Positions 53,801-64,000 of a stretch of DNA of 64,000 bases are shown here, in pieces. The stretch spans positions 248,001 through 312,000 of the forward strand of contig JASANG010003752.1 of NCBI GenBank assembly GCA_030248215.1. The letters run 5' to 3'. Position 1 is the stretch's first letter, and every line of letters begins with the position of its first letter. Below the pieces are notes generated by a model. That model was not told where the DNA came from and searched no databases. It worked only from the letters and a program-made list of their open reading frames with translations. The position numbers and the translations under genes are program-made. This DNA comes from Enoplolaimus lenunculus. Lineage: Eukaryota.

Positions 53801-56800
53801 AAACCAGTCTGGAGCTTCGGATGTCGATAGTACAATAACGACACCCGGGAAAAGTGGCTCGAAGAAATCAGGGGGGAAAAGCAGTAAAACGTCAAAATAC
53901 GACACGTTATGGCATGGTGGGTGGCCAAATAAACAGATTTAAAAGTGCTACTTCAATTAAAGTGTATTGGACTTTGTCTTGTCGAGTACCAAACGTACAG
54001 TATTCTCTTCGTGTCTGATTTAAACTTAAGTCTTGCATCAACGAGTAGAGAAAAATGGTCTGTAACCGTCCATTGTTTGAAACCCAACTTAAAATTAATT
54101 ATTGCTCATTATGGTTGGGTTATAACACAACGGTATCATAAAAACTAACACTTATTTGCACGTACGTGTTTTTGCAACGAAACGTTGCAAATTTAACTTA
54201 CTAATGCATGTTTTGAAAAAGCATTCGAACAAAATTTACGTTTGTGAAAGCGGATTAAGCTACTGCTAAGGATTTAACGGCCGCATTGTTGAAAATTACT
54301 TAATGGGAAGTAGATGGTCGCCATTCGCAGTTTACTGTGGTTTGTAACGCGACAAAGGGTTGTGCTTACCAAAATCACTTGCTCTGGCGTTAATGAATAG
54401 TAGACCTTTAATTTAGAAGCTCCACTTGTAATTTTTAGACGGAAAAGTCACTGGTCGCCTGGCGTCGCCTTTAACCGAAATCCTGGACGATCCGTTGCCA
54501 AACGACCTGAGCGCAAACGAGCTGGCTCGCGACTGTTTAGCTTTAATGCGTGTTCTGTACGGACTTAATAGATACTGGTATACGTTGTTTCAAGTAAGTT
54601 AATCATCGATGTCAACCAAACGAAGTACCAACAGATTCATTTGCTGGGGTAGAAATTTAACATCCGTCTCTTCCTCATTTATTTTTGCGGACATTTTCCT
54701 TAAACTTTGCATTCGGAGATAGAAACTGAGATGTAAATTCTAGCTAGAGCCCTAGACTCATGGGTGAGAGTCGTCTACTACTACTACTACTACTATACTA
54801 CTACTACTACCACCACCAGTTACAGGAGCAGAAAGGTAACTACCAATGCTCTATATAAAGTTCAAACTAATTTTGTCTGTGTATTAAAATGTGTTGATCC
54901 ATGGCGAACAAATTGAAAACAAGGAAACGAAAATTTGAAGAACATCTGAATTTGTGGATATGAAGTTTAAAAAATCCGCATGCATCTTAGTTGTCAGATG
55001 CTTAGAAGTCACGAAGAATTTTGGCTTTCAGCTGTATTATTGAGATTTTTGTGCGTTTCAGGACGGTGTTTTCCCGGTTTACGATTCTGTTCTGGCACCG
55101 GTTGAATTTGTCAATTCAAAACTGACAGCAAAAGCAAATCGCCAATTGCAAGATCCGCTTATCATTATGACTGGCAATATTCCATCGTGGCTGCGTCAGA
55201 TTGCCTATGCATGGTTAGCACTGAACAAAAGCGGGGGCCCGCTTGTGATTGATATAAACGGGTTCTTATTGCGTTTCGCCTGGAACATTAGAACCCCTTT
55301 AAAGTTTTCGTATTACGGTACTCCCCGTTTTCCAAAATCGTGATTAGGTCCATGTCGAAATGGTTCTTGTTTTCTGTTTTTGACAAGTAGTTTTTTCGAA
55401 AACTTTGTATTAATCGAAGTTTTTGTTTATAACAAAGTATAACAGAATATTTCGAATTTAGATAAACGAAGTGCTTTCTAGAAGAACTGGTTTCTTTTGT
55501 TATTAAGCACTTATTTATTTACATACGTAGCTATTGTTATTTATAAAATTTAGGCACAGATTTTATCTCACAAAGATTTCCTATCATTTTAGTTTTTTCC
55601 AATCGAATGCATCTTCAATGCTCGCCAGTATCCGATTAGGACATGTGATGATTACTTTTTAATTTCAGTTTTTTCATTCTGTCGTTCGAAGCTCGCCAGT
55701 TGTTATTGTATGTTTTGGCGTTTGACCGTGACCGCAGTCTTCAACGTGTGCTTGACACGTCCCCTGAACTGGCGGCATCCAACGATAGCAACGGCATTGC
55801 AGCGCCGCGATTGAAACGAAAAAAGGTAAGAAGAAGGCATTTTGGCCCAAAAATTCTGTTTGTTATTTTTCTAAGCATAAGTTAATGCGTAGTCTAAACG
55901 TAAGCATGAGTCTTGTATTACTCCAGTCATTATGAGTGGGGTGAAAAATTGGGTGGGAGAGAGATTAAACGAATATCATTTTACTTTATTATATCAGCGT
56001 GAAGCATTTTGCGTATTGGCGGCGGTATAGTTCAAAAGTGTCATTCAATTTGGGTTTTGCAAAATTTGGGTATAATTTTTCTTAGGGAGGCGCTATACTT
56101 GTGCTGTGCGGCGAATAAAAAATTTTTATTAAAAATTGTTATCAGGTGGCATGAAAAAGTCAAAAACTAATATCCATCGCTTTTGTAATTACGCGTTGAC
56201 GTTGTGTTGCCTTGTATTTTCAATCAAAATATCCTTTTAGGTTGTCGTACGAAGAGAAGATCTGCTGAAGCAAACAGAAACTGTTATGAACGATACCGCA
56301 TCATCATCCGCAGTGTTGGACGTTGAGTATAAAGACGAGGTGAACAATGCTGTGCTATGTATTTGTTGAAATTATCATTTAAGGTTTCCCAATTTAAGTG
56401 TTATTTTGTAGTTTTAGTTTTGTAATTTTGGTCATTTTCTTTTTGTAATTTTAGGTTGGCACTGGCCTTGGACCCACTCTAGAATTTTATGCTTTGGTTT
56501 CGCAAGAATTTCAAAAAACCGATTTGGATATGTGGCGAGGAATTCCTGACTCTTCTAGCATTTCAGCTGTGGGTAAGTTAGTTCGCCGAAACGTCTATTG
56601 AGCTTTTGAAATTGTATCTTACTTTGTACTATAGACATATTTTTTGAAGGCGGAATCTTGGTCTATATTGGTAACGTTCGACATGCGGTAAGAAATACAC
56701 TCTGCGCAGATTCTAACGTTTTAGGAAGAATCTTCTACCGTACAGGAATTATATTTAGGCATATAAAGATGTATCGTTAAAATTGGCCTGTGCAGTAAGG

Positions 56801-59800
56801 TTCTCTGCACCAAGGTATATTTATTTTGAATTTATCTCATACAGATGGCGTTGACAAATTATCCCTGCAGCAGTTGCCTGCTCACGGCCTGTTTCCCAAA
56901 CCGTTGCCACATAACGCGAAACCATCGGTTGTTAATCGGGTCAAAGCAAGATTTAAGCTTCTTGGAAAGTTTATGGCACGAGCTCTTATGGATTCAAGGC
57001 TGGTAAGTTATATTAGGCTGTTAAGTTATATTTTAATTGATTTTACTGGTTTTCAAACTGCCTTGGTGCTGCTGGTCGAACGACTATGGAGCGAAGGCTC
57101 ATGCGTTCGCAGAAGTGCGGTGGAACGGCATTTCAATATGTAGGTGTTAGAGGTGTCCCGACGCCGGGGCCATGCGGTACCGTGAACGAAAACCGAAAAC
57201 ATTTACCTTCCTGCTCGAGTGCTCAATTTAAAAGATTTAAAACGGCTTCACGACATACAAAACATTGCTGCTGTGCAAACTTCTTTTTAAACACTACAAC
57301 AGCACTGCAGTATGTAAGTTTTTCTGCGCATGCCTAAGCAAAATGTCGCGTGACGCGATATCATAAATACGGTACTGTACTCCGAGGTACATGCTTACGT
57401 AAAACTTTCATAAAGTTTGAAGTTTGGTGTATGTTGCGGCCTCGGTACCGGGGCCCCGACCTCGGTATAAATAGTGCCATGGGACATTTCAAGTAGGTGT
57501 TTAAAGTCATCGTCAGTCTCTTCACACTTAGGGCGTGTAAATTTGTCTGCCAGACCCAATTGGTGACGAGTGACGCTAACTACTGGCGAGTATGGTGGTG
57601 TTCAACATTACATCTTTGATATGGCTACTTACGGTCCGCGCGGAGGAATACATAGGTCTCGCTAGCTGTTGGAAATTTCTATGATAACCATATATTGCGC
57701 ATAATATTCAAAGCGGGTGAATTATTTTTGTCCACGCTTGGAAGTTCCTATAAAGAGCACTTTTGATGGTGGTGTAATTGAGGAGCCCCTCATCCATCGA
57801 GGGCCATTTTCCCTTTTCACTCTTTCCAATATCCTCGTGGTTACGGATGTAGACCAAGTCCAGTTAGTACCTCCGTCGTTCAATGTGTTTTACTTTGGCC
57901 AGCAGTGCCTGCCCGATGGTTAGGTTTTTTCTTTCGCAGTGTGTTTTCTAGCTGCTGTAGTGCTGGTTTGAAGTCAGTGTCGACTGATTGATTATCGATC
58001 CATTTTAAGCGGTGGTCGTCAGAGTTCGATTACGTAGGCGCAATGTACTTTAATTCGTGAGGAACAATATTCGTTATAATTTAGAATAACTTATATTAAT
58101 TTGCTAAATTTCAAGCTAGTTTGTGGCACCATTTTAGCTTGATCTTCCGCTCAATCCGTTATGCTATCGCTGGCTTTTGGCGAGCATCAGTGGCAGCAGC
58201 GGTGGCACCACCTTCAACAAAGAACTCTCTTCATCGTTGACCGCTAATGCAATCACTTACAACTACACTATTGAAGACGTATACTTTCTTGATCCTGATT
58301 TGCATCATTCGTTCCAACATTTGCTCAAATGTGCATTGTTTAAAGCGGCGATTGACCGCGATGGTAGTTTGGTGAGTTGATAATGACTGTCGGATTTTGC
58401 ATTGTTTTTGCCGACATCTTGATTGAATTTCTTCATTAATTATTTTAAATTTGACCGCCGTTTTGGGGGTGTTATTTCAGTTTTAGAAATGTTTTTATTT
58501 TTTTAATTTATATCTGATTGTTTAGAACTCATCAAACCGTCGTGCTGCACTTGCTTCGTTCCGCGTTGACGGTGCGTCTTTAGAAGATTTAGATTTAGAT
58601 TTTACGTTGCCTGGTCAGCCAAATTTGGAGCTTCGAAAAGGAGGCAAAGATATGATTTTGTCTATGGACAATGTCGAAAATTATGTGCAGGTGTGTGATG
58701 AGTGAACATTTTCCGTAGAAAGGATTCAGCAAGACGCGATGGAAGCCACGGCATGGGTTTTGTGGTTCTCTGTGTCTTCTGATAAGCGTTGTTTTGATAT
58801 ATGTGGCTACGTTTATGTAGAAATCATACTTTTTTCCTGAAAAAACTACGGAAAACTTACGCCAGTTTATTCTTGCTGACTTTTTTGGTTGATGTTGCAG
58901 TTGCAGTATTTCAAGTATTTTTTCTGCTCAGTAGTTTCAGTAACTGCGAATACTGCTATAAATACTGAATTGCTTTTCATTATAATGGGTTGTTGTCTGC
59001 TATTTTATTTAAGTTGGTTGTTCATTGGATTTTGCATGAAGGTGTTGTCAAACAAATGCAGGCGTTTAAAGAAGGATTTGACTCAATATTTCCGTCATCG
59101 TATTTGAAAATGTTCAGCGCTGACGAGGTATATTCATGTTCGTTTTACGAAAAACAGGCGGAAGTATTGGTTACTTCTTTTTTGTTTCTGAAAGATATTA
59201 ATTTTTTTGTTTTTAATATCGACAAATTTACAAATCTTTAAAAACTGTTATATTTCAGTGTCATGCTGTAATGCTGTTTATAATCCATTGTGTTCGCCAA
59301 TTAACCAAAATAGTATACCCTGCACATCGTATTAACTATTAAGCTTAAACATAAGCTTAATCGTAATCTTAATTCTAGGCCTCCCAAATCCCCCAATCTG
59401 TCTGTCGCTCAATGAGCAGCCCCTTTGACGTGAGTTGTAAGCATCGTACGTTTGTTAAGTTAATATGATTAAGATTGTTTTGTATGCTTCAGCTTGGTCG
59501 TTTATTTTGCGGTATGGATGCTCAACAAGGAAGTGACAGTTTTTGGGATGCAACTGTGCTAATGACGTGTATAAAGCCAGATCACGGCTATACGCACGAT
59601 TCGCCTCAAATTCAATGGGTTATACAAATTATGGCAGAATTCACTTGCAGTCAGCAACGTGATTTCCTGCAATTTATCACTGGTTGTCCCAAATTGCCGA
59701 TAGGAGGTAATGTAGACAAACTGGCAAAATCATATTAAATTGGTTTAGGACTGACCGTGTAAAGCAAAGTTTTTCTTCACATCACTCGCCAAAAATCTTT

Positions 59801-60168
59801 TCAAAGGTAGGAATTTTCACCTAGTTTTCATTACCGGTTATTAGATTTGGGTTTTTTCTGAAATTTTGAATATTGACGATTACCTTATCGCAACAAATGG
59901 ATGACAACACAGCTGAACTCCTTTACGAACAATATCAATTTGTGTTAGTTTTTGTTAATTTATTTTAGGATTTAAAAATCTCGTCCCACCGTTGACCATC
60001 GTTCCTAAACGACATGAAGAAGTCGGAACCGATCCGGACAGCTATTTGCCGTCTGTGATGACTTGTGTCAATTATTTAAAATTGCCCAAATATTCGTCAA
60101 TCGAAGTGACCCGCGCACGACTAGAATTTGCAATGAAAGAAGGCCAACGATATTTCCATTTGTCATAA
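24470..60168 (+). CDS. TRIP12: TRIP12/Ufd4-type HECT E3 ubiquitin ligase (ARM repeats, WWE, HECT), about 4,140 aa, 41 exons
   Basis: Exons: 24470-24528, 24648-25695, 26371-26876, 28209-28701, 29637-29944, 30350-30429, 30908-31003, 31297-31487, 32051-32146, 32629-32721, 34651-34818, 35223-35345, 35629-35740, 36140-36204, 36722-36771, 37239-37395, 37805-37964, 38583-38698, 38893-38999, 40334-40452, 41625-45488, 46844-47790, 48646(or 48664)-48987, 49490-50026, 50484-50585, 51184-51276, 51585-51719, 52151-52210, 52648-52928, 53765-53916, 54439-54593, 55062-55213, 55669-55825, 56241-56339, 56455-56572, 56845-57002, 58138-58371, 58526-58690, 59014-59127, 59493-59706, 59969-60168; all phases join. 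TRIP12 hallmarks: [87 protein letters not shown]. The start codon and exons 1-5 rest on splice and phase logic, not homology. Confidence 0.95.
33200..34530 (+). mobile_element. 3' fragment of an RNase H-bearing LINE (LOA-like) in TRIP12 intron 10
   Basis: RT thumb (YGCFVWW...[20 protein letters not shown]), RNase H ([17 protein letters not shown]), zinc knuckle ([18 protein letters not shown]), short (TATC)n tail. Confidence 0.65.
33378..33756. mobile_element. hAT-type MITE nested in the LINE fragment
   Basis: CAGGGTACAA...TTGCACCCTG with a perfect 8-bp TSD CTATGGAT. Confidence 0.85.
35746..35800 (+). repeat. (TTG)n microsatellite
   Basis: Near-perfect run just after the exon 13 donor; a similar run lies at about 40513-40550. 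Confidence 0.9.
36236..36611. mobile_element. hAT-type MITE
   Basis: 18-bp TIRs CAGGGTGCGATCGGATAT / ATATCCGGTCGCACCCTG (one mismatch). Confidence 0.75.
37239..37964 (+). other. WWE domain of TRIP12 (exons 16-17)
   Basis: [63 protein letters not shown] matches the WWE pattern. Confidence 0.9.
41209..41535. mobile_element. hAT-type MITE
   Basis: Perfect 18-bp TIR CAGGGATCGACCGGATAT; 8-bp flanks GTTACACC/GTTACACT. Confidence 0.85.
41625..45488 (+). CDS. TRIP12: Giant low-complexity exon 21 of TRIP12 (3,864 nt)
   Basis: Continues the conserved [13 protein letters not shown] motif in phase, is open for about 1,288 codons, S/T/A/Q/G-rich, and ends at ACAG|GTACGT in phase with the next exon. Confidence 0.85.
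45508..45939. mobile_element. Foldback MITE with about 90-bp inverted arms
   Basis: CAGCCCAAACAAGTACTGGAATGCAAA is inverted at TTTGCATTCCAGTACTTGTTTGGGCTG; the right arm recurs at about 63455-63570 in ANT-B intron 1. Confidence 0.7.
52930..53124 (+). repeat. Minisatellite, 7 units of 26-28 bp (TAGTTTTTGTGTAGTCTTTCATTGAG)
   Basis: Seven tandem copies read directly, starting at the exon 29 donor. Confidence 0.9.
56241..60168 (+). other. HECT catalytic domain of TRIP12 (exons 34-41), catalytic Cys codon at 60064-60066
   Basis: [20 protein letters not shown] ... [15 protein letters not shown] ... [16 protein letters not shown] ... FHLS. Confidence 0.95.
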
Positions 60169-61421
60169 AATAGTGCGCGATTTATAATTGTTTTTTCGTT
60201 TGTTAATTAATCGTATAAAACTTGAATTTTTTTAATTTAAATGTAGAGTGATTGCATTTGATTTATTTCGGAATTTTCATTTGTTTTTGAATTTTTGAAC
60301 ATACATGGTTACAGTCCCAGTTTCTTGACAAAATTGAGCAACTGTTTTGAATGCAGCAACTTGCAAGTGCAATTAAAATTATGACTGGAAGACAATGTGA
60401 AAAATCGTGACATACGATTATCCGATTATATTAAAAACGGGTCACGTTTCGGAAAAGGTATTTCAGTAATGAGTCATGATTGAACGAGGGCAACGAATCC
60501 GCCTTTGGGCTGACCTAAGTTAGTATGGGTCTGCCCACTAGACCTAAATTTAAGCGTAAGCCGAAATATAAACTTAATCGTAAGATTTAGCCTCCTAATC
60601 TGTAAGTCTCTCAGTTTCCTTGCCTACCAAATGGGCCGGTTCGTGTAATGCGTCGTTGAGCTCATTAAGCAAAACTGGTCTTAATTGTTTTGTGTTTGGT
60701 ATATTTAGTTACTTGAAATTCATTCCACTGTAAGAGAAAAGCTTGTTTTTGAAGGTTTTGTTTATGTATTTACCTATTAACCTATATAGCGTGTATTTAG
60801 TACGAGTGCCGTCCTACTAATGATCGTTTCTAAATTTACGTGTCGGAATTTATCGGAAAAGCTCTCAGGGTCTACAGTTTACAGCAAATCTTTTCGAAAA
60901 TTCAAAATTCATATTCTTGAGCAATGATAACGCAATACTTATATTTGAATGTTAGTCCGTATTTGAATATGGAATTCTACAGCGCATCTATGATAAACAG
61001 TTTCGCAGAGTATGTTCTGTCTGCATTATCTGGTTGGTATTTAGCTTATTTGTGTTCCATGCTTCCAAATGCATACCAAAAATAAAATTTATTGCAAGTT
61101 GTTTGAGCAGGTACCCCTAGCTTGGTTTCGGGCCCAAATTTAACTTGGTCTAGGGCTTGATACAATGAAAGGATCGCTGACCAATGTTTTGATTGGCCTC
61201 GTTTTTGTCACTTTTAGTTTAGTTGTGGGTAGGGTGTAACGGGTAGCAAAAATAACGGGAATGGACAGTAATGAAGATAGCGCAAAACACATATTTAACA
61301 GCTGAAAACGAAATTGCCAGAAACGGAAGCTCGCAAAATTTGCTGGAACTGAAGTTGCCTCGACATCCAAATCTATTGTTTTTCCTAGTTTTGAAAGCAT
61401 TTTAAAATTTCGGATGTTTCG

Positions 61422-62068
61422 CAAGGTGTAACCAGACATTCATTTCCGATAAAATTCGGTGTCTGTTTTTCTTGTAAATACCAGAAATTCTGTTCTTATG
61501 ATCATAATTATACTTAAAAATCACATATTTCACAACTTTTCATTTAAAATAATGCTACAATTTTATAACAGAAAAATTACAGAATTCATTTAAAATCGTA
61601 AACTTTCAGTCAGGGTACAACCGGACGTCTGCCTCCTGCTCTGGCAGAAAATAGAACTCTGGCTCCGGCTCTTGTATAGATTTTGCCGAAGGTTCCGGCA
61701 ACTTTAGTAGAGAAGTTTTGCAAAGTTTACAACATTTATCAGATTTGCGTGTTTCGTTTTTAAGTTTTAGCAGATTTTTTAGGGAACAATTACCAAGATT
61801 TCGTAAAAAAGCGTAAAACCAAACAATAACAACACATTACAGATATTTGCTAAAAATGAATTATACGTAAAAATATCAGAATTTCGGCGGTTTGTATACC
61901 GAAAACAGAAACGGAAACGGACATCGATTTTTACCGAAAACGGAAACAGATATCCGGTTGCACCCTGACTATAAGCATAAAAATTGAATAATTTACTGTA
62001 TTTCTATATTAGCATTATTTCTATATGAATATAAAGGGAAACAGACACCAATGTCTGGTTACACCCAG
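61422..62068. mobile_element. hAT-like MITE with a second hAT MITE (61611-61967) nested inside
   Basis: Outer TIRs GGTGTAACCAGACATT / AATGTCTGGTTACACC; inner CAGGGTACAACCGGA / TCCGGTTGCACCCTG. Confidence 0.6.
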
Positions 62069-62209
62069 TTGTCGGTCCTGAAGACCTTGTGTTGAACCAG
62101 ATGTTTATGGACAGCCATTTGAAGGTGTATTTTTGAAAGCTGATATTTAAGTTTTTGCTTTGATAAAGGCTATAAAGTAAGTCACATATGTTTATCATTT
62201 GATCGTACA

Positions 62210-62416
62210 TGTAAGCATGTCACACATGCTTGCCCGTTATTTACACATGCAATGTAATGCAGTGCACTGTATCTATGCTAGCTGCCACCATACGGTCAAC
62301 ATATAATCGACGATAGAAGCAGTTGGAGAAAACTGCTAGTTCGAAGCCACCTGCAACCCGCTTTTACAGCTGCGAAAGTTCTGTATGTGAAGTCCCTGTT
62401 TTTACCTTTAGTTCCA
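62210..62416 (+). mobile_element. Degenerate solo LTR of TRIM family A
   Basis: TGTAAGCATGTCACACATGCTTGCCCGTTAT... aligns by eye to the LTR at 23776; A-box region deleted, GTTCGAA retained; 3' end approximate. Confidence 0.7.
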
Positions 62417-62488
62417 GTAGAGAAATAGCGTAGCTAGTAAAGCTCGCTCTCTAAAAGTGCTGTATGACCAAAAAAGTACATTATGTTA

Positions 62489-62759
62489 AGCCCTATTCAC
62501 ATGTACGAGTTTTTGCTGCGAGAACTTGCAGCTGCATCTTGCACTTGCAAGCTTTGCTTAAAATACTATTCGAAAAACTTGTACCTGTAAATAATCCATT
62601 AATAATAATAGCACGGAAATTAGCTCACGTGTGAATAACCATGCAAGTTCACTGAATTTATTGCTGCCGCTTTCTCATTTGCTGATCAAAAATGCAAGTT
62701 TTCGTGCAGTTTGAAGCTGTAATTTCTCGCAGGAAAAACTTGCACGTGTGAATAGAGCT
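62489..62759. mobile_element. PIF/Harbinger-type MITE
   Basis: TTA|AGCCCTATTCACA ... TGTGAATAGAGCT|TTA. Confidence 0.8.
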
Positions 62760-62959
62760 TTAGGTTTCATTCCACATTCTTCAGCCATTACCTTTTCATC
62801 CAGTTCTAGTACAAACCGCACTTCCGTATATAGAGTTCTGTTCTTCATTGTATATGTAATAATTGAGATGCAATTTTAGACAATTTGAGCTTTTTGTATA
62901 ACTGGCAAGTTACAGATAACACATACGTAGCGTCGTTCATCAGTACTCAAATATTCATC

Positions 62960-63894
62960 ATGAGCGATAAGAAGGGCTTTGATCCAACAAAGTTTTTCAT
63001 AGATCTTGCTAGCGGTGGAACGGCGGCTGCCATCTCAAAAACAGTCGTAGCTCCCATTGAGCGAGTGAAGTTGTTGTTGCAAGTTAGTTGCCTAAATCAT
63101 CTATATTTCTAATTAGTCACTGGCTGTTTAATGAAACCAAGACCAGCGATGATAGTCTGAATGGAGAAGTTGAGACTGAAACAATCTTAAATGCTTTACG
63201 CCTGAGAATTGAAACATTGGTGAAAGTCACCGAAATGTTTTGCACCAATACCGAAACATTTCAGAAAAATTATAAATCAATAATTCTGAAGGTCCTTTTC
63301 TGATCGAAAAACGTTAATAGTATAAGAGTGAAAAATGAAACAACGTAAAATGCGGTATATTCATTCATTTGGTACTATGTTGTGCAGACCGTGTAGTTCC
63401 AACAATCCACTTTCTATTTGCATACTAGCAGCTGTGTGATCAGTACAATTCTTCAATCAAACGCAGTTTACATTTCAGTATTTGTTTGGGCTGCCCGAAC
63501 AGCAATTGTCGTTTGTGACATCCCAGTTATCAACTGGGGCAAATAGCTATTTTTGGGCACGACATATATACAATATTTTCGGCTGGTTCTACCTTAAAGG
63601 ACAATGTGTATAATATAGGTGAAGTAAACTGTCTGCTGATTAGAGTTATCTGTCAATTTCAGGTGCAACATGCGCAGAAAACAATAGCAGCAGATCAACG
63701 TTACAAAGGCATTATCGATGTGCTCATTCGTGTACCAAAAGAGCAAGGATTCTTTTCCTTATGGCGAGGCAATTTGGCGAACGTCATCCGATATTTCCCG
63801 ACACAGGCGTTAAACTTTGCATTTAAGGACACTTACAAAAAGATGTTTCTCGATGGCGTCGATCGAAAGAAACAGTTTTGGAGATTTTTTGCAG
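62960..63894 (+). CDS. ANT: ADP/ATP translocase copy B, exons 1-2 (gene continues beyond the window)
   Basis: Exons 62960-63082 and 63663-63894; same intron positions as copy A and 117 of 118 residues identical. Confidence 0.95.
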
Positions 63895-64000
63895 GTAACC
63901 GCAAAGGCTGAAATTAATTTTAAACGATGCATAGTAAAGTTGCAAATGATATACTATCAGGGTGCAACCGGAATTCCGGTTCCGGCATTTTTTCACCTTC

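Noticed and set aside
61140..62210. Small minus-strand gene between TRIP12 and ANT-B
   Set aside because: One ORF starts inside a MITE TIR and the other runs into it; joining them after removing the MITE gave no convincing protein.
60168..62960. TRIP12-ANT-B operon
   Set aside because: The 2.8-kb repeat-filled gap is far longer than typical nematode intercistronic spacers, and trans-splicing cannot be judged from DNA alone.
62960..63894. ANT copy B as an assembly or haplotype artefact
   Set aside because: About 10% nucleotide divergence, almost all synonymous, with unrelated introns.

Overview
AT-rich, intron-rich eukaryotic DNA, very probably a nematode (nematode-type ADP/ATP translocase sequence, TTTCAG/TTTTAG acceptors, TTAGGC-like hexamers). 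Four genes can be assembled by hand from GT-AG exons with consistent phases: (1) a compact 151-aa HP1 (chromo + chromoshadow) gene, 1763-4191 +; (2) a complete 301-aa ADP/ATP translocase (ANT), 16600-22206 -; (3) a 41-exon TRIP12/Ufd4-type ARM-WWE-HECT E3 ligase of about 4,140 aa, 24470-60168 +, with one 3.86-kb low-complexity exon; (4) the first two exons of a second, oppositely oriented ANT paralog from 62960 +. Introns and intergenic DNA are dense with decayed transposons: a pogo DD35D transposase remnant, LINE fragments, hAT-, Harbinger- and Tc1/pogo-type MITEs, and a solo LTR. The most striking non-genic signal is a set of miniature LTR retrotransposons (TRIMs) whose LTRs each enclose a tRNA-like Pol III module. 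One is intact at 23469-24027 (TG..CA LTRs, tRNA-Pro-like PBS, PPT, perfect 5-bp TSD); a second family with a homologous internal core and a solo LTR with a near-complete tRNA-Ala cloverleaf also occur. All coordinates were read by eye and no searches were run.
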